A stretch of 64,000 nucleotides of DNA from the human T2T-CHM13v2.0 reference genome, Homo sapiens: assembly GCF_009914755.1 (NCBI RefSeq), contig NC_060925.1; one strand, given 5' to 3'. How positions within the stretch are numbered: position 1 is the first letter of the stretch; each line of letters opens with the position of its first letter. Below are positions 47,781-64,000 of the stretch, piece by piece. The notes under the pieces are model-generated. The model was not told the origin of the DNA, did no database searches, and worked only from the letters and a program-made list of their open reading frames with translations. The translations under genes and the position numbers were made by a program.

Positions 47781-49517
47781 AGAAAACTAATTTTAAGTTT
47801 TCCAGCCATCAGTTCCATCTTTAAAATGAGTGCTCAGTCAACTGATCTCTCAGGACCCTTCCAGGATGCCGATTCCACCAGAATTATACATGTGACCTTG
47901 GTAAATGACTCTGGTTGGCTTGCAAGCCCTAAGAGGCCTGTGATGCAATGGCTTAGATTCAGTGGGCAAAAAGAGAAAAATAGAGAACACGATGAAGTAA
48001 ATACTTTCCATACTTATTAATGGTCTTTGGAAATTTATTTTCTCTACGTATTCCTTTCCTTATTTTCTCAAGATTGCATAGTTTGCAGAGCTTTGGGGAC
48101 TCAGATACCTAGGCTCAGACACCTGGAAATGAAGTAGATAATATATATAAAATTACACATGAATATATATCATACTATTGATACAAAATGTATATATATT
48201 AATTTAAAAGATGTATGCAGTAGATTATAAACTCCTTTCAAGGGACTTTTTTTTTCTTAAATCACATAAGTGAGATAGGTTAACAAGTTGCAATTATAAC
48301 ATCTCTATTTGGATAATTGTTCAAGAAATTTAATTACAGGATTTTCTGTATCATGAATAATCTATTAACTTTGATGAAGCTATGAAGGTTTCTTTCTATG
48401 ACTGTTTGAAATAGGCTTTTTGTTTCCATATTACTTGGGGGATGCCTGCAATAAGTAAAATTCAGTGAGATTTAGTCATTTAACAAATATGTTAATTATT
48501 ACTATGTACCCAGCACAGTTCTAGATGCCCGAGATATATCAGTGAATGAAATAGACAAAATTCCTTGCCCTCCTGGAGTTTACAGTCTAATGGTAGATTC
48601 AGACAACACCCTAACAAATGGGTTAAATAATATGTTAGAATGTGTAAGTGCTATCAAGAAAAATAAAGCAGGCTAAGGGGGCTTGGCCATGCTAGGATAG
48701 GAGTTAGGGTACAATATGAGCAAAGATTTGAAAAAAGCAAAGGAGTTAGCGTCGCAGCCATCTGGGGAGAAGCATTCATGACAGAGGGAACAGTCTGTGC
48801 AACAGCCTTGTGGCAAGAACATAACCCGTGTGTTCAAGGAGCAGCATGGAGGCCATTGTGTTCTGATAGGAGTGAGGAAGGAGAAAAATTCTAGGAAATG
48901 GGATTGGGGGTAGTAGGAGTTGGAATGGAAGTCATGGGGAACGTTGTAGACTGTTTTAAGGATGTCTTTAGTGAAATGAGAAGTCACTGGAGGACATTGA
49001 GATGTGTGGTATAATCTAACATCTTTACCTAATTGCAGTACAACATTCTTTCTCAACCTTACCAGGTAAACGAATTATCTTTCCCTCTGAAGTTACGACA
49101 TTCCTCCTATCCAAAAAGGCAGAAAAAAGAAATTTTTTATATTTCAAAAATGTATATTTACAAATAGAATATTAGTGGTTCCTATTTTGTGTGTGTGCTT
49201 GAACAGAGAAATATGGAACTGAAGAAGGTATTAAGTTCTTCACTTTCAGTTGCAGACTTGTTTCCCTCAAACCACTTATATTTAAGAAAAATGCTATTTT
49301 AGATTGACAATATTAAAAGTCAAAACAGATGGCATCTTGGGGTGTGTTTCTGTAACAGCAAGATAACATAAATCTTTGCGTCCATCTGAGGGTGGTCTGC
49401 AAATTAGGTAGTGTTATTAGGCACTGAACTATGACCACTTAGATTTTATGTGTGTTTTGATCTCTTTGCTGAGTGAAATATTTGCTTTCATTCTTTCCCT
49501 TTGCCCTCTTGTTCCAG

Positions 49518-49872
49518 AAGTACATCAGGGGAACCAAAAGAAAGAGACAAGGAAGAGGGTAAAGATTCTAAGCCGCGTTCTTTGCGGTTCACATGGAGTA
49601 TGAAGACCACTAGTTCAATGGACCCTAATGACATGATGAGAGAAATCCGAAAAGTGTTAGATGCAAATAACTGTGATTATGAGCAAAAAGAGAGATTTTT
49701 GCTTTTCTGTGTCCATGGAGACGCTAGACAGGATAGCCTCGTGCAGTGGGAGATGGAAGTCTGCAAGTTGCCACGACTGTCACTTAATGGGGTTCGCTTC
49801 AAGCGAATATCTGGGACATCTATTGCCTTTAAGAACATTGCATCAAAAATAGCAAATGAGCTTAAGCTGTAA
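49518..49872 (+). CDS. MARK1: MARK1 last coding exon, KA1 domain (STSGEPKE...[19 protein letters not shown]...KIANELKL*)
   Basis: gttccag| acceptor; C-terminal ELKL KA1 signature; TAA at 49870-49872. Confidence 0.98.
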
Positions 49873-52165
49873 AGAAGTCCAAATTTACAGGTTCAGGGAA
49901 GATACATACATATATGAGGTACAGTTTTTGAATGTACTGGTAATGCCTAATGTGGTCTGCCTGTGAATCTCCCCATGTAGAATTTGCCCTTAATGCAATA
50001 AGGTTATACATAGTTATGAACTGTAAAATTAAAGTCAGTATGAACTATAATAAATATCTGTAGCTTAAAAAGTAGGTTCACATGTACAGGTAAGTATATT
50101 GTGTATTTCTGTTCATTTTCTGTTCATAGAGTTGTATAATAAAACATGATTGCTTAAAAACTTGTATAGTTGTCTAGATTTCTGCACCTGAATGTATGTT
50201 TGATGCTTTGATTTGAAAATGTTCTTCCCTGTTATTTACATTCTGGTGGGTTTTTAAAATTCTTACCTCCATCATGCAATTTTGAAAATTGTGTCCAGAA
50301 TTAAAAGTGCATAGAAATAGCCTTTACAATTGTAGCATGGACCTTTAAAAATTGTTTTAAAATCTTATTTAAATTTAAACCAGAAGCTGAAAAATAGATC
50401 AGCTTTATTATACACAAAATTATTACTGCTTATCTTTGCTCTTTTCCTTGTTATCCCGCAAGGTTTAGTTGAGAAGATACAAAATGTTTACAGTGTTGGC
50501 ACTTAGAGTTTTTAAATTCAAGTACATGAAATTCAGTAATAGCATTGCCTTGAGCTAACTAGGAAGTACCGGGAAAAAAGTTAAATCTACATCAAGTTTC
50601 TTTTGAACTTTGAAGTGTTTTCTGACCCACTGCTAACTGTAGCAACAAAATTTAAAAGAAAAAAAACATACTTTATCTGGCTATTATAACATAAACTGTC
50701 ACGTAGGTTTGCTGCCTTCAGAATACCGCAATTTAATTGCGGGAATATAATAATATTGGGACTGTTTCACAGCACAAACTCATCTTTACAGTGTTGATCA
50801 ATGCATCAGTTAAGAAATAATGCCACCTCAGGAATTAACTGGCATTGGGAACATTTGCCTCATTCTCCTGCTATCCTCTTCATTCACCCCTGCCACTGTA
50901 ATATCTATAAGTACTTAAGAGACTTGTGAGCAAAACATACTATTTATAACAGTATATGATTGATTTATGCTTATGTGGTTGTTCAGTTTGTTCCCATGTA
51001 ACTCGTTTGTTTTAAATATTTTGCCAGATTTCTTGTATTTATTCCACATCATTATGCCTATAATGTGCCGCTTTGTGATTGGGCATTTGCCTACTTTTCT
51101 TTCATAATTAGTGATATATGCGATGTAAAACCACTAGTAAAGGTACATTTTAATACTTGTTATTTTATACTGAATTAGCCTTGGAGGTTGACTGTGCAAT
51201 GTTATTTACTGTTGTAATTACTGTAATACCAACATATGGGCCCCATCTGCACACTCCTGAAAAACAGAAAGTGTATTCAAATTTTATCAGTTTAAAGAAA
51301 ATAAAGCTGTGATAAATACTGTAATTCCAACCTACATTAGAAGGTCTAAGTGTAGGTGATGTGCCATTCCATAATGGCTTCCAGACTAGGGTGAATTTTA
51401 TGTTCTGTACTGTACTGTGATGTAGCTTTCTTCTGTAACAGTTATGTTTTAAAATTAAGTGAGTTTTTTTTTTGCCTTAGCAAAGGGTGGTGTTTGAAAA
51501 AAAAATGTGTAGCCCCTTTTTAACCTAGTGTTCATTCAAAAAAAAATTGATGCAAATCTTTATTCACTTTCACTGGTGCACACTGAAATTTTACTTGAAC
51601 AGTTCTCATAATAAAGCACTTGTCTTTTGCTCTTTATCAGAATGTGAATTACCTGTTTTCTGGTACAAAAGTATTCTGTATGAGGAGTTTATTGTATGTG
51701 TTCTAAATTTAGTTGGCAAAGGGTGAAGCTGTGAAGGTTTTCAAGATTATTGAAACTATGAAGGTTTCTTGTCATTATGACAAGAAAGTTTAATCTTTTT
51801 ATAGGAATTCCTGTCACTGAAATACGTTTTTAAAAAAATAGACTCATGTGTTTTCCACGGTAGAAACTGATATTTTTTTACATTTTCTCACTGTGGCCAA
51901 CTCTTCTGTGTTTGTAGAAAGGAATTTGACTTCAATATCTTTTATGAACTAAAAATGAAATCTTGATACTCACTTTAGATTTTTCATTTTATGTGTTCAT
52001 GACAACATAAATATTTTTCAAAGATTTAGAGGAATTTTGCAATGTGTTTGCATAAATAAATACCAGTTTATGTTCACCGGCTATGTGATACCAGGATTTC
52101 CTTGGCTTCTGTTGAAATATTATTTGATATGACATCCCTTATATTAAATTAATTATTTTGTAGAA
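49873..52165 (+). other. MARK1: MARK1 3'UTR (3' end approximate)
   Basis: AU-rich, with no recognisable interspersed repeats after the stop; AATAAA at 50049, 50138, 51300, 51610 and 52055, ATTAAA at 52143. Confidence 0.7.
52055..52148 (+). terminator. Distal polyadenylation signals (AATAAA 52055-52060; ATTAAA 52143-52148)
   Basis: Hexamers at the end of the repeat-free UTR-like block, followed by T-rich sequence. Confidence 0.55.
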
Positions 52166-52934
52166 ACTGGGGCACAGCATTTTATTTGTTAAATGAAAAG
52201 AATAAGATGAAATATACTCCAGAACCTTGATCCAATAATATTCTCTAAGATAGAATTTGATTTAAAACCTAAAAGCTCTTATTTTGAGGTGATTTTCACC
52301 AACAGTGTCATTTCGCACCATGGGGGGAGAAAAGCATACGGTGAGCAGCAAGGCACCAATTTACTGTAAACTAGTGATTCCATTAGCCTGTGCAAATTAA
52401 TCAAGCTGACCTCTGCCTTCATTTTCGAAATACCCATTGAAATACCTACTGTGTCTTAAGATACATAAAAAACAATTATAAAAGATGGTTCCTACCTCTC
52501 TGAGATTTTGGTCCATTTGAAAAAATAGATGTAAATATATGCACAACTAAAACATACACACACACACAGAGAGGAAACTGAAAGCGCTGAAACAAGCACA
52601 GATAATAGATGCTATAGAAATTCAGAGAAGAGTGAATTCTGTATGGACATTGGAAAGGTGGGTCTTTTAAGGGATTTGAAGAGTGGGTAAAATTTAAGAG
52701 ACAATAGAAAAGATCCTACAGATGGAAAAAAAGCTACAAGTTAGTAATAGCTCTAAGTCATGTTAAAAAATAAACCACATATTCTAGGAAGTGGCAGGGT
52801 TCACATAGCTTGATTAATAGCTGATTATGTAAAGCATTAATTGGCAGTCTCAGCTTGGACTTGATCTATGGATAGAGGGGAGAAATTATGAGGTTTTTTT
52901 AAGCCAAGGAAGTACCTAATAAATTGGTTGTTAA

Positions 52935-53293
<359 letters not shown>

Positions 53294-53537
53294 TTAGTGT
53301 CTAGGTTCTAGGAAATAGCAGTAAAAAAAATGTATCATAGAAATGTATGAACTCGATTAAAGACTAGAGGCAGGAAGATCTTTTCAGAGGTTAAAACAAT
53401 AAAGCATGAATGAAATAGCATAGATGTGGGGTGGTTAACACAGGGTGGAAAAAGGTAAAAGGAAAGAGACATTTCAAAAGATGTATCAACAAGGTATATG
53501 AGAGACGTTTCAAAAGATGTATCAACCTGGTATCATG

Positions 53538-54080
<543 letters not shown>

Positions 54081-54515
54081 TCAATGAAGAACAATGATCC
54101 TTGAGAGGAAAACAAACAAAATGACCTCTATGATTGGCCCAGCCTGTGGCACACGGAGAGGAAAATCAAGTTGGAGCTTGGCATTCTCTCTGGTTAAGAA
54201 GTCAGAACTGAGAGGCCAGGGAGGCCAAGACAGCTAGAGTCTGCAGGGAAGAGCGGGGTGGGGGGATACCAAAGAAGCAGCTCTGGAGATCTGCAGAAAT
54301 CAGCACATGAATGTAAGAAAACTAAATGAGGCCAGTGAAAGAACCACCTGAAAGTATTAGAGGGAACAATTCATCGAACCTCATGCAAGGGTAATGCCTG
54401 TTCCACCCAGTCATTTGTAGAAAACAATTCATGGAGCAGTGGGCATAGTACTCAGAAGAGTTTTGCCTCAGTAGTGGGAACTACTTAGCACTAAATACTG
54501 CCTTGGTACTGCTTA

Positions 54516-55109
<594 letters not shown>

Positions 55110-55378
55110 TCAACAAGGTAATAGTCATCATAGCTTGCATTAATTCAAGGTTATCCTGCATGCAAATATGCGGGAAAATACAACACATAATGAGAAATAT
55201 CAATTGACACTGAACCAGAAATGGCAGAGATGATCAAATTGATGGACAAAGACATTTAAACAATTATTATAACTATATATGTTCAGAAAGGTAGAAAAAA
55301 GGTTATGTTAAGTAGAGACATTTCATGTAAAAAAAAAAACACTATTCAAACATCTAGAAATGAAAATTAAGATTTCTG

Positions 55379-55692
55379 GGGCCAGGCGCAGTGGCTCACA
55401 CCTGTAATCTCAGCACTTTGGGAGGCCGAGGCAGGCGGATAATGAGGTCAGGATATCGAGACCATCCTGGCTAACATGGTGAAACCCTGTCTCTACTAAA
55501 AATACAAATAATAATAATAATAATAATAGCCAGGCATGGTAGCTGGTGCCTGTAGTCCCAGCTAGTCAGGAGGCTGAGGCAGGACAATGGCATGAACCCA
55601 GGAGCCAGAGGTTGCAGTGAGCCGAGATCACACCACTGCACTCCAGCCTGGGGGACAGAGCGAGACTCCATCTCAAAAAGAAAAAAAAAAAG
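55379..55692 (+). mobile_element. AluSc/Y-like element with (AAT)n expansion in the linker
   Basis: TSD ttaagatttctg. Confidence 0.9.
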
Positions 55693-56629
55693 TTAAGATT
55701 TCTGAGGAGAACACACAAATGGAATTAGTAGATTGGGCATTGCAGAAGGAAAGATAGTGGACTTGAACATATCACAATAGAAATCCAAAATGAAACAAAA
55801 AAACAGCTGAAAAAAGATTAGAGAGCCGTAGGACAATGTCAAGCAATCTAGTATATGTGTAAAGTCCCGACAAAGAGGAGGAGGTGGGGAGAGAAAAAAT
55901 GTTTGAAGATATAATGACCAGAATTTTTCCAAATTTTCAGGAAACCATAAACAGACCTAAAATGTTTCATAAATATCAATTAAGAAAACTATACTAAATT
56001 TTCATATCACAGGTTGCTTAAAACCAGCAAGGGGGGAAAAAAACAGTAAAATCAGCCACAAAAAAAACCAGACATATTACATAAGGAAGAAAAAGGAACA
56101 AAAATAAGAACAACAACTGACTTCTTGCAGAAATGATGCAAGCCAGACAAGTATTGGGAAAAATATAAAGTATCAAATTAGAATTCCATACCCAGATAAA
56201 ATGATCTTTCTAAAACAAAGGTGAAATAAAGATGTTCAGACACATAAAAGCTGAAATAATTTATCACCAGCAGACTTGCATTAGAGCTGAGAGGCCAGGG
56301 AAAGAAATGTTAAATAAAGCTCTTCAAGCAGAATAAAATATATACCAGATGGGAGTCTACAAAAAGGAATAAAAAGCACCAAAAATAACAACTATGTTGA
56401 GAGTAAAAATATTAACAATGCATTGTAAGATGTATAACATGTAAAAGTAAAAGTTATGGCAACATAGTACCAAGGTTTTTTGCAAAGCTCTTATATCATG
56501 TATGTGGTGGAGATGGAGTATGTTAAAGATGTGTACTGTAAACCTTGCAGCAACCACTAAAAATACAAAACAGAATTATAACTAATGAGCCAGCAAAGAA
56601 GACAAAATGGAATTTTTAAAAATTCTCTT

Positions 56630-58075
<1,446 letters not shown>

Positions 58076-58930
58076 TTTAATTGAACCAGAAAAAAAAAAA
58101 CACAATCCAAAGGAAGGCAGTGGGGAAGAAAAGCAGAAAAAGAAACAAAGGAAACAAAAGAATAGATGACAAAATAGAAAACAAACAACAAATGGCAGTC
58201 TTAAACCCAATCATATCAAAATTACATTAAATGTAAATGGTCTAAAAGCCCCAGTGCAAAGGCTGTACTTGGCTGATTTGATTAAAAAATCAAGACCAAC
58301 TATATGCTGCCTACAAGAAACCCACTTTTAATATAGACACAAATAAGTTAAAAGCAAAAGGATCAAAGAATCATGAGTTGCCTAGTTTAGAAGTAAAAAT
58401 AATGTTTGCTTTCAGGCTTAGAATTTTTAAATCATAGCATAAAGATAATCAAGCTTTACCCCTCTATTTAACACATAAATAGGTTGCAGCTCAGTGCAAC
58501 AACTTAGATGGCAGGCTAAAGTGATGGACTCTGAATGAAATATCCTATAGACAGATTATAAACTGGAAGCTGGATCTAAAGGCAGATTTGGATGTTCTCA
58601 GTAAACATATGATGGTTGTAGATTCAGGACATGATCAGTAACTGAAATAAAGAATATATAGTCATGATCCAATGATAGGTACTTGGGGGAACATGAAGAA
58701 AATTTATAAATGTTTTCAAATGTGAAAATCATATATCCTTTATCTATGGGTTTGGAAACATTAAACATAAATTATTTATTTGGGGAGTATAAAATTTAAT
58801 ATTTTCCATTCTCTAAATTAATATTATAACTGAATTATTTATTGCTAAAAATTAGATTTTTGCATTTATGTAGAAACTTGTCTACATTACATTTAGAACT
58901 TTTTTAAAAGCCAGAATGGTTAAAAGTTAA

Positions 58931-59275
<345 letters not shown>

Positions 59276-61380
59276 TGCATTTTCTGTATGTGTAATAGAA
59301 CACCACAATACATTTTCATGAGTATAAAGCAAGAGGTATGTGAAAGAGAAGGATATGTGATGAAAGTGAATTATCTGGAAAAATTACCCCTTTAAAAAAT
59401 TACAGCCTGTTTTACAAGGCTGTTAGGACACAGTATAGTATGGCAATAAGTACAAAAACCCATTTGTAGATATGGAGTGTTACATATTAGAAACATCATC
59501 TTTTAAAAATCATCAATATTTTAAAAATTTCTACCTACTTAACAAAAGCTCTACTGTATGTTCATTGCAAATAGACATGTTCTGTAACATTTCCTAATAA
59601 TTGCTGCTGTACTCAGTGGTTTGGTGCTAATACATTTGAAATATAGACAAGGTGTGGGGAAATGATACTTCAATCTTGATCTTTATTTTTCTAAGAAAAA
59701 AGTAATTCAAAAAATTAGTGATATTTACTTTGAAAATCAAAGACTTTGAAAAAGTATTACTTTTTACTTAGTATTACTATAACTTTTTACTTTGAAAAAA
59801 GCTGGCATTTCTTAGTTTTAGTCTTAGTTTATCTCTAAGTAAGTTGTATTTTAACATAGATGGGGCCGTGAAAGTAGTAAAGCAAGTAAAACAACAAAAC
59901 CCCTCCTCCTTAATGTTTACGATAAATCAAATTTTCTTACATGTTTATAATGTCTAACTCATACCTTTTTACGTATAAACAAATCTAACTGGAATTCTTT
60001 ATACATTCCTAAAATGCTAATTTTATTAAAGTAGAATCTGAGTTACATTGAGTTAATATTTTTTCTTTATGCCATCATTAATTAAATTATTCAACATGAG
60101 GCATTCTGAAGTTTGATATTCCTGTACCCACAGTGGACAATTTTTTCAACCCCAACAGTAATTTATATAGAGTATTATTCTTTATGTCTAGATTAATTGA
60201 TAATAAGTGCCCAAGAATCAAAATATAGATTGAAAGAGCTCTTATGATGCTGGCTGTAAATTAAGCTGTCTCTCCAAACTGGTCATGCTACTGCTGCTTC
60301 AGGAGTAACAAAGACAAGGCCAGCCTGCCCTAAATATTGCCAAGGGCAGGCACAAGAGCACAAAGAAAACCAAAGAAGTCCCAAAGGAAACCCCTCTTCC
60401 CCACTCCCATCCCTCCAGCTCAGTCCTCCACTGGGAGGGGCATGAAGCACAAGCGTGTGGACAGTTTCCTGATCTGCATTTATTTCACTCGGCCAGTTAC
60501 AAGTCTTACTAAATCTATGATCATTCAACTTGCTCTTCCCCATTTTGATTTTTCCAGATACAAAGCTGAAATCTAGGCATACTTTCCATTACATTTAATA
60601 ATAATAATAACAAGAGGAAAGAGGAGAAGGAGGAGGGGAAAGGTTATATGGTATAATGCAGTTCTTAATGAATCCATGCTACTTGCTAATAATTACCTTT
60701 CATTTTCCTTCCTCGGTGCTTAGTTCCTAAGCCACTCAAAGATCTTTCTAGATCTTTGATGTTTACCTGTTTTGGTAGTGTCTGGTGCCTCTTCTGTTTT
60801 GCTCAATTTCTCAAAGCACACTTAACAGCAATTCAGAAATTTCACACTTTTTTTTTCCTGAAGTTTGCCAGAAGTATTTATTTTACAAACACATTAGTGG
60901 GACTTGAGACTCATAAAGAAGAAAGCCACAAAATCAATATAGGACCTCCTGTAACATCTGGTGAGCCAGGAGAATTCTGAAACAAATACACAATAATTGG
61001 CACTAAGCAAACCAGAGCAATAACACATTGCACGACAGCTCCTAGTACACAGCCTGGCTCATTGCAGCCACTTAAAATGCCACTTGGGGTGGGCCAGGTT
61101 GATGTAGCAGGTCCCCTTTTTAAGAGCATTTCGAGAGGCTGACGTTGACAAGCTAGTGTCAGAGATTGAGGTCCTCTCACTTCAAGGACATTTGAAGTTA
61201 TGTAAATGTATACGTTTTTCTCAAGCTAATATTGCCATTCGCCTATGTATCCAAAGTTTCATCTATGATATACTATACTATGCTAAGCCATAACTGCCAT
61301 ACAGTTCCAGATCATTCCACTCCATCTAAAAGACCTTTTTGAGTACCTAACAAATGTGAACTATTGTGGGGGAAAAAGTA

Positions 61381-61430
61381 ATATATTAGAAAGGTGAGGT
61401 GAAGTGATATATTAGAAAGGTGAGGTGAAG
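61381..61430. repeat. 26-bp-period tandem duplication
   Basis: atatattagaaaggtgaggtgaag x2. Confidence 0.93.
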
Positions 61431-61754
61431 GAATTCTCTTAGTTTCTACAATTTAAAAAATTAAGAAATTTCATACTCTGAGCTGTTCTAGTGCCTTTGA
61501 ATGTTATTTTTGCAGCTAGGAGTCCTAAAATAGAATGGCAATGAAAATAACCTTATATGCTATTCTGTTTTTAAAAATCAAAGCATTTATTCATCTTCTT
61601 TAAAAAATGACAGCTGTTTTATGAAAATTTAGAAAATATAGGTAAGCCAAAAGAGGAAAAAAAAAAAACCTGAAACACCTCACTATCCAGAAACCACTGT
61701 GAATAATTTGCTGTATGTCCTCCAGTGTATTTCAGTGGCAAAATCTGTATATAG

Positions 61755-62303
61755 TTGTAGTGAGTTTGAATGTTGGGGGTTGATCAAGAAAAAGACCAGA
61801 CCATGAGATGACAGTAGCACACAAGAGCTTTATTTTGATAAGGCTTGGACAGATTGCATGGAAGGTGAAAGTCCTCACATCAGGAGACCTTCCAGATACA
61901 GCAGCAGGGCCACCACCATAAGGGAAAAAGGACAAGCAACCTCCCTGGGGAGAGGAGGATCAGAGAGGGTTTTGCAGGTTTGAGGATGTCACTTAGCAGC
62001 GTAGTGAGGAGCCTCTTGGTCATAGATCCTTAAGGGACAGCAGCCATCTGGGGTCTTTTGTAGCCCCACAGTTTGTCTTATATATGGCAAGAAGGTGTTG
62101 TGTGCAGTTTCACAGGTTATGCAAAGCAGGTGGGCTCTAAAAGGGTAAAAAAAAAAAAAGGGGGCTATATTTACAGCAATTGGATGTGCAAGAATTTGAG
62201 TTTGGTGCCGGCAGGCTTGAGTTAATGATCCTGGGGTGTGGTACAGAAGTAAACACCATGGGTGTCAATACACAGAGGCCGACTTGAACCCATTTATTCA
62301 ACA
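61755..62303 (-). mobile_element. Probable ERV solo LTR (family not assigned)
   Basis: TG...CA-bounded, GC-richer ~550-bp block with a minus-strand AATAAA near 61830. Confidence 0.45.
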
Positions 62304-62307
62304 GTAA

Positions 62308-62612
<305 letters not shown>

Positions 62613-62744
62613 GTATTCAATAATAACAAAAAATGAGATTCATACTGACCACTGCTTTGCAACACACCTTTTCCACTTAAGCTCTATGGACCTCTTTCTG
62701 GGTCTTTATGTCTATATTCTTCAACATTCTTCAAGCTTTTTTTT

Positions 62745-62800
62745 ATGAAGTGGAATTTTTTTCCCCCAATGCATGAAGTGGAATTTTTTTCCCCCAATGC
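62745..62800. repeat. Perfect 28-bp tandem duplication
   Basis: atgaagtggaatttttttcccccaatgc x2. Confidence 0.95.
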
Positions 62801-62832
62801 ATTGTTTCATGGAATAAATATATGGAAAAAAA

Positions 62833-62930
62833 ATACACACACACACACACACACTACACACACATATCTATATGAAAATTATATATATACATTATATATA
62901 TGTATATACGTGTGTGTGTGTGTGTGTGTG
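62833..62930. repeat. Compound (CA)n-(TA)n-(TG)n microsatellite
   Basis: Direct read of the sequence. Confidence 0.9.
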
Positions 62931-64000
62931 TTGGAGAGAAAAGAGTGAAATTCTGCTTGCTTTTGCCAGCTACCCCCTTCTGGCTTTCTGTTAAAGTCTA
63001 AGGCGATAAGCCTCTGCTATTATAAAATATTTTAATGGTTTTATGATATTCTGTGTAATAAGATTACTTAATGACCTGTTTGACAGACATTTTTATTTTT
63101 TTCCTAATTCTTCATATCATAACATTGCCATGAATGTCCTTGTAATCAAATCTATACATATTTCCATAATTATTCTTTGGTAAATTTTTTTCAAAACACA
63201 TGACTATTTTTATAGTTTTTGGATTTTTATTTTTTCTTAACTATGGTTATATTCTATCCCTGAAGCTGGCAATAATTTTCCTTGAGAGAAGAGAATGAAA
63301 TAAAAAATTAGTTGGGAATTTATTGCCTCTGTCACAAAAACACAGGTTAAGAGATGGGCCAGGTGGGCAGTTTCCAGGGTTCCAGTTCATAGGAGGGGCC
63401 AAGACAACACCAAAATGTAAGGAGATGGAAAAACTAGATTCACCAGAATTCCTCTTAGAAAAAGTCTCAGTGGGTGGTTGGAAAGAATACTTTCATAAAG
63501 GGCTGAAGATGGGGAAAGAGAGACAAGACGTCCTCAGGAACATGCTTGTAAAATAACATGTTCAAGGAATTGCCTTTTATTCAAAGTCCTTTTACTTTTA
63601 TCCAGTCCTTGAACTTTTATTGAAAGTTCAAACCACAGAGCTGGTTTGGCAAAGTGCATTGTACATATTTATTGACCTCCCCTGCCCTTGCTGTAGTTTT
63701 CAGTGATACCTCTAAATATTAAAGAAATATAATATTAAACTAATTAAACTAGCATAGCTTTTTTAAAAAGTTCCAGATTAACAGATTTGCATGTCCAAGG
63801 ATGCTCTGTCCCCCTCAGACTCATGCTCTCACTACTCTACTCTGTTCCAGTCCTCTCTCCAGCTCTCTGGAAACCCACTCCAAAGGGGCACTCACCACCT
63901 CATCTCTGCACAGGACTTCCCTTCCACCTCCCAGTCTTAACTTGCCTCCTCTGAGAGGCAGTATTTACCTGCAGCTCTCTTTGAATAAAGGCTGTTCATT

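Noticed and set aside
48375-51770. 19/20 match between intronic TGAAGCTATGAAGGTTTCTT (48375) and 3'UTR TGAAACTATGAAGGTTTCTT (51751)
   Set aside because: A few such matches are expected by chance in 64 kb of AT-rich DNA; no flanking homology.

Overview
Primate DNA, almost certainly human (it carries a near-undiverged AluYa5-lineage element); AT-rich and repeat-rich. The + strand carries the 3' two-thirds of MARK1 (MAP/microtubule affinity-regulating kinase 1, PAR-1 family). Twelve coding exons (3649-49872; probably exons 7-18, numbering inferred) join in frame through GT-AG introns. They encode the kinase C-lobe ([23 protein letters not shown]), UBA, spacer and KA1 domains, followed by a ~2.3 kb 3'UTR and ~12 kb of downstream repeat-rich DNA. 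The introns hold a sense-oriented HDAC1 processed pseudogene (13411-15755, with TSDs and an internal Alu) and a sense full-length old L1PA (29324-35797). The window also has ~18 Alus, MaLR LTRs, MER5, L2 and MIR remnants. Apart from the MARK1-exon, HDAC1-pseudogene and L1-derived ORFs, the ORF track is Alu-derived or noise. Best leads: a frame-preserving 12-nt candidate microexon (44902-44913) at the position where MARK2/MARK3 have a small alternative exon; a perfect 11-nt U1 site between two proximal poly(A) signals in the 3'UTR; two NAGNAG acceptors; a hairpin-masked candidate poison exon; and a stop-free 414-nt exon block flanked by inverted Alus (circRNA candidate). No evidence of a wholly new gene system was found.
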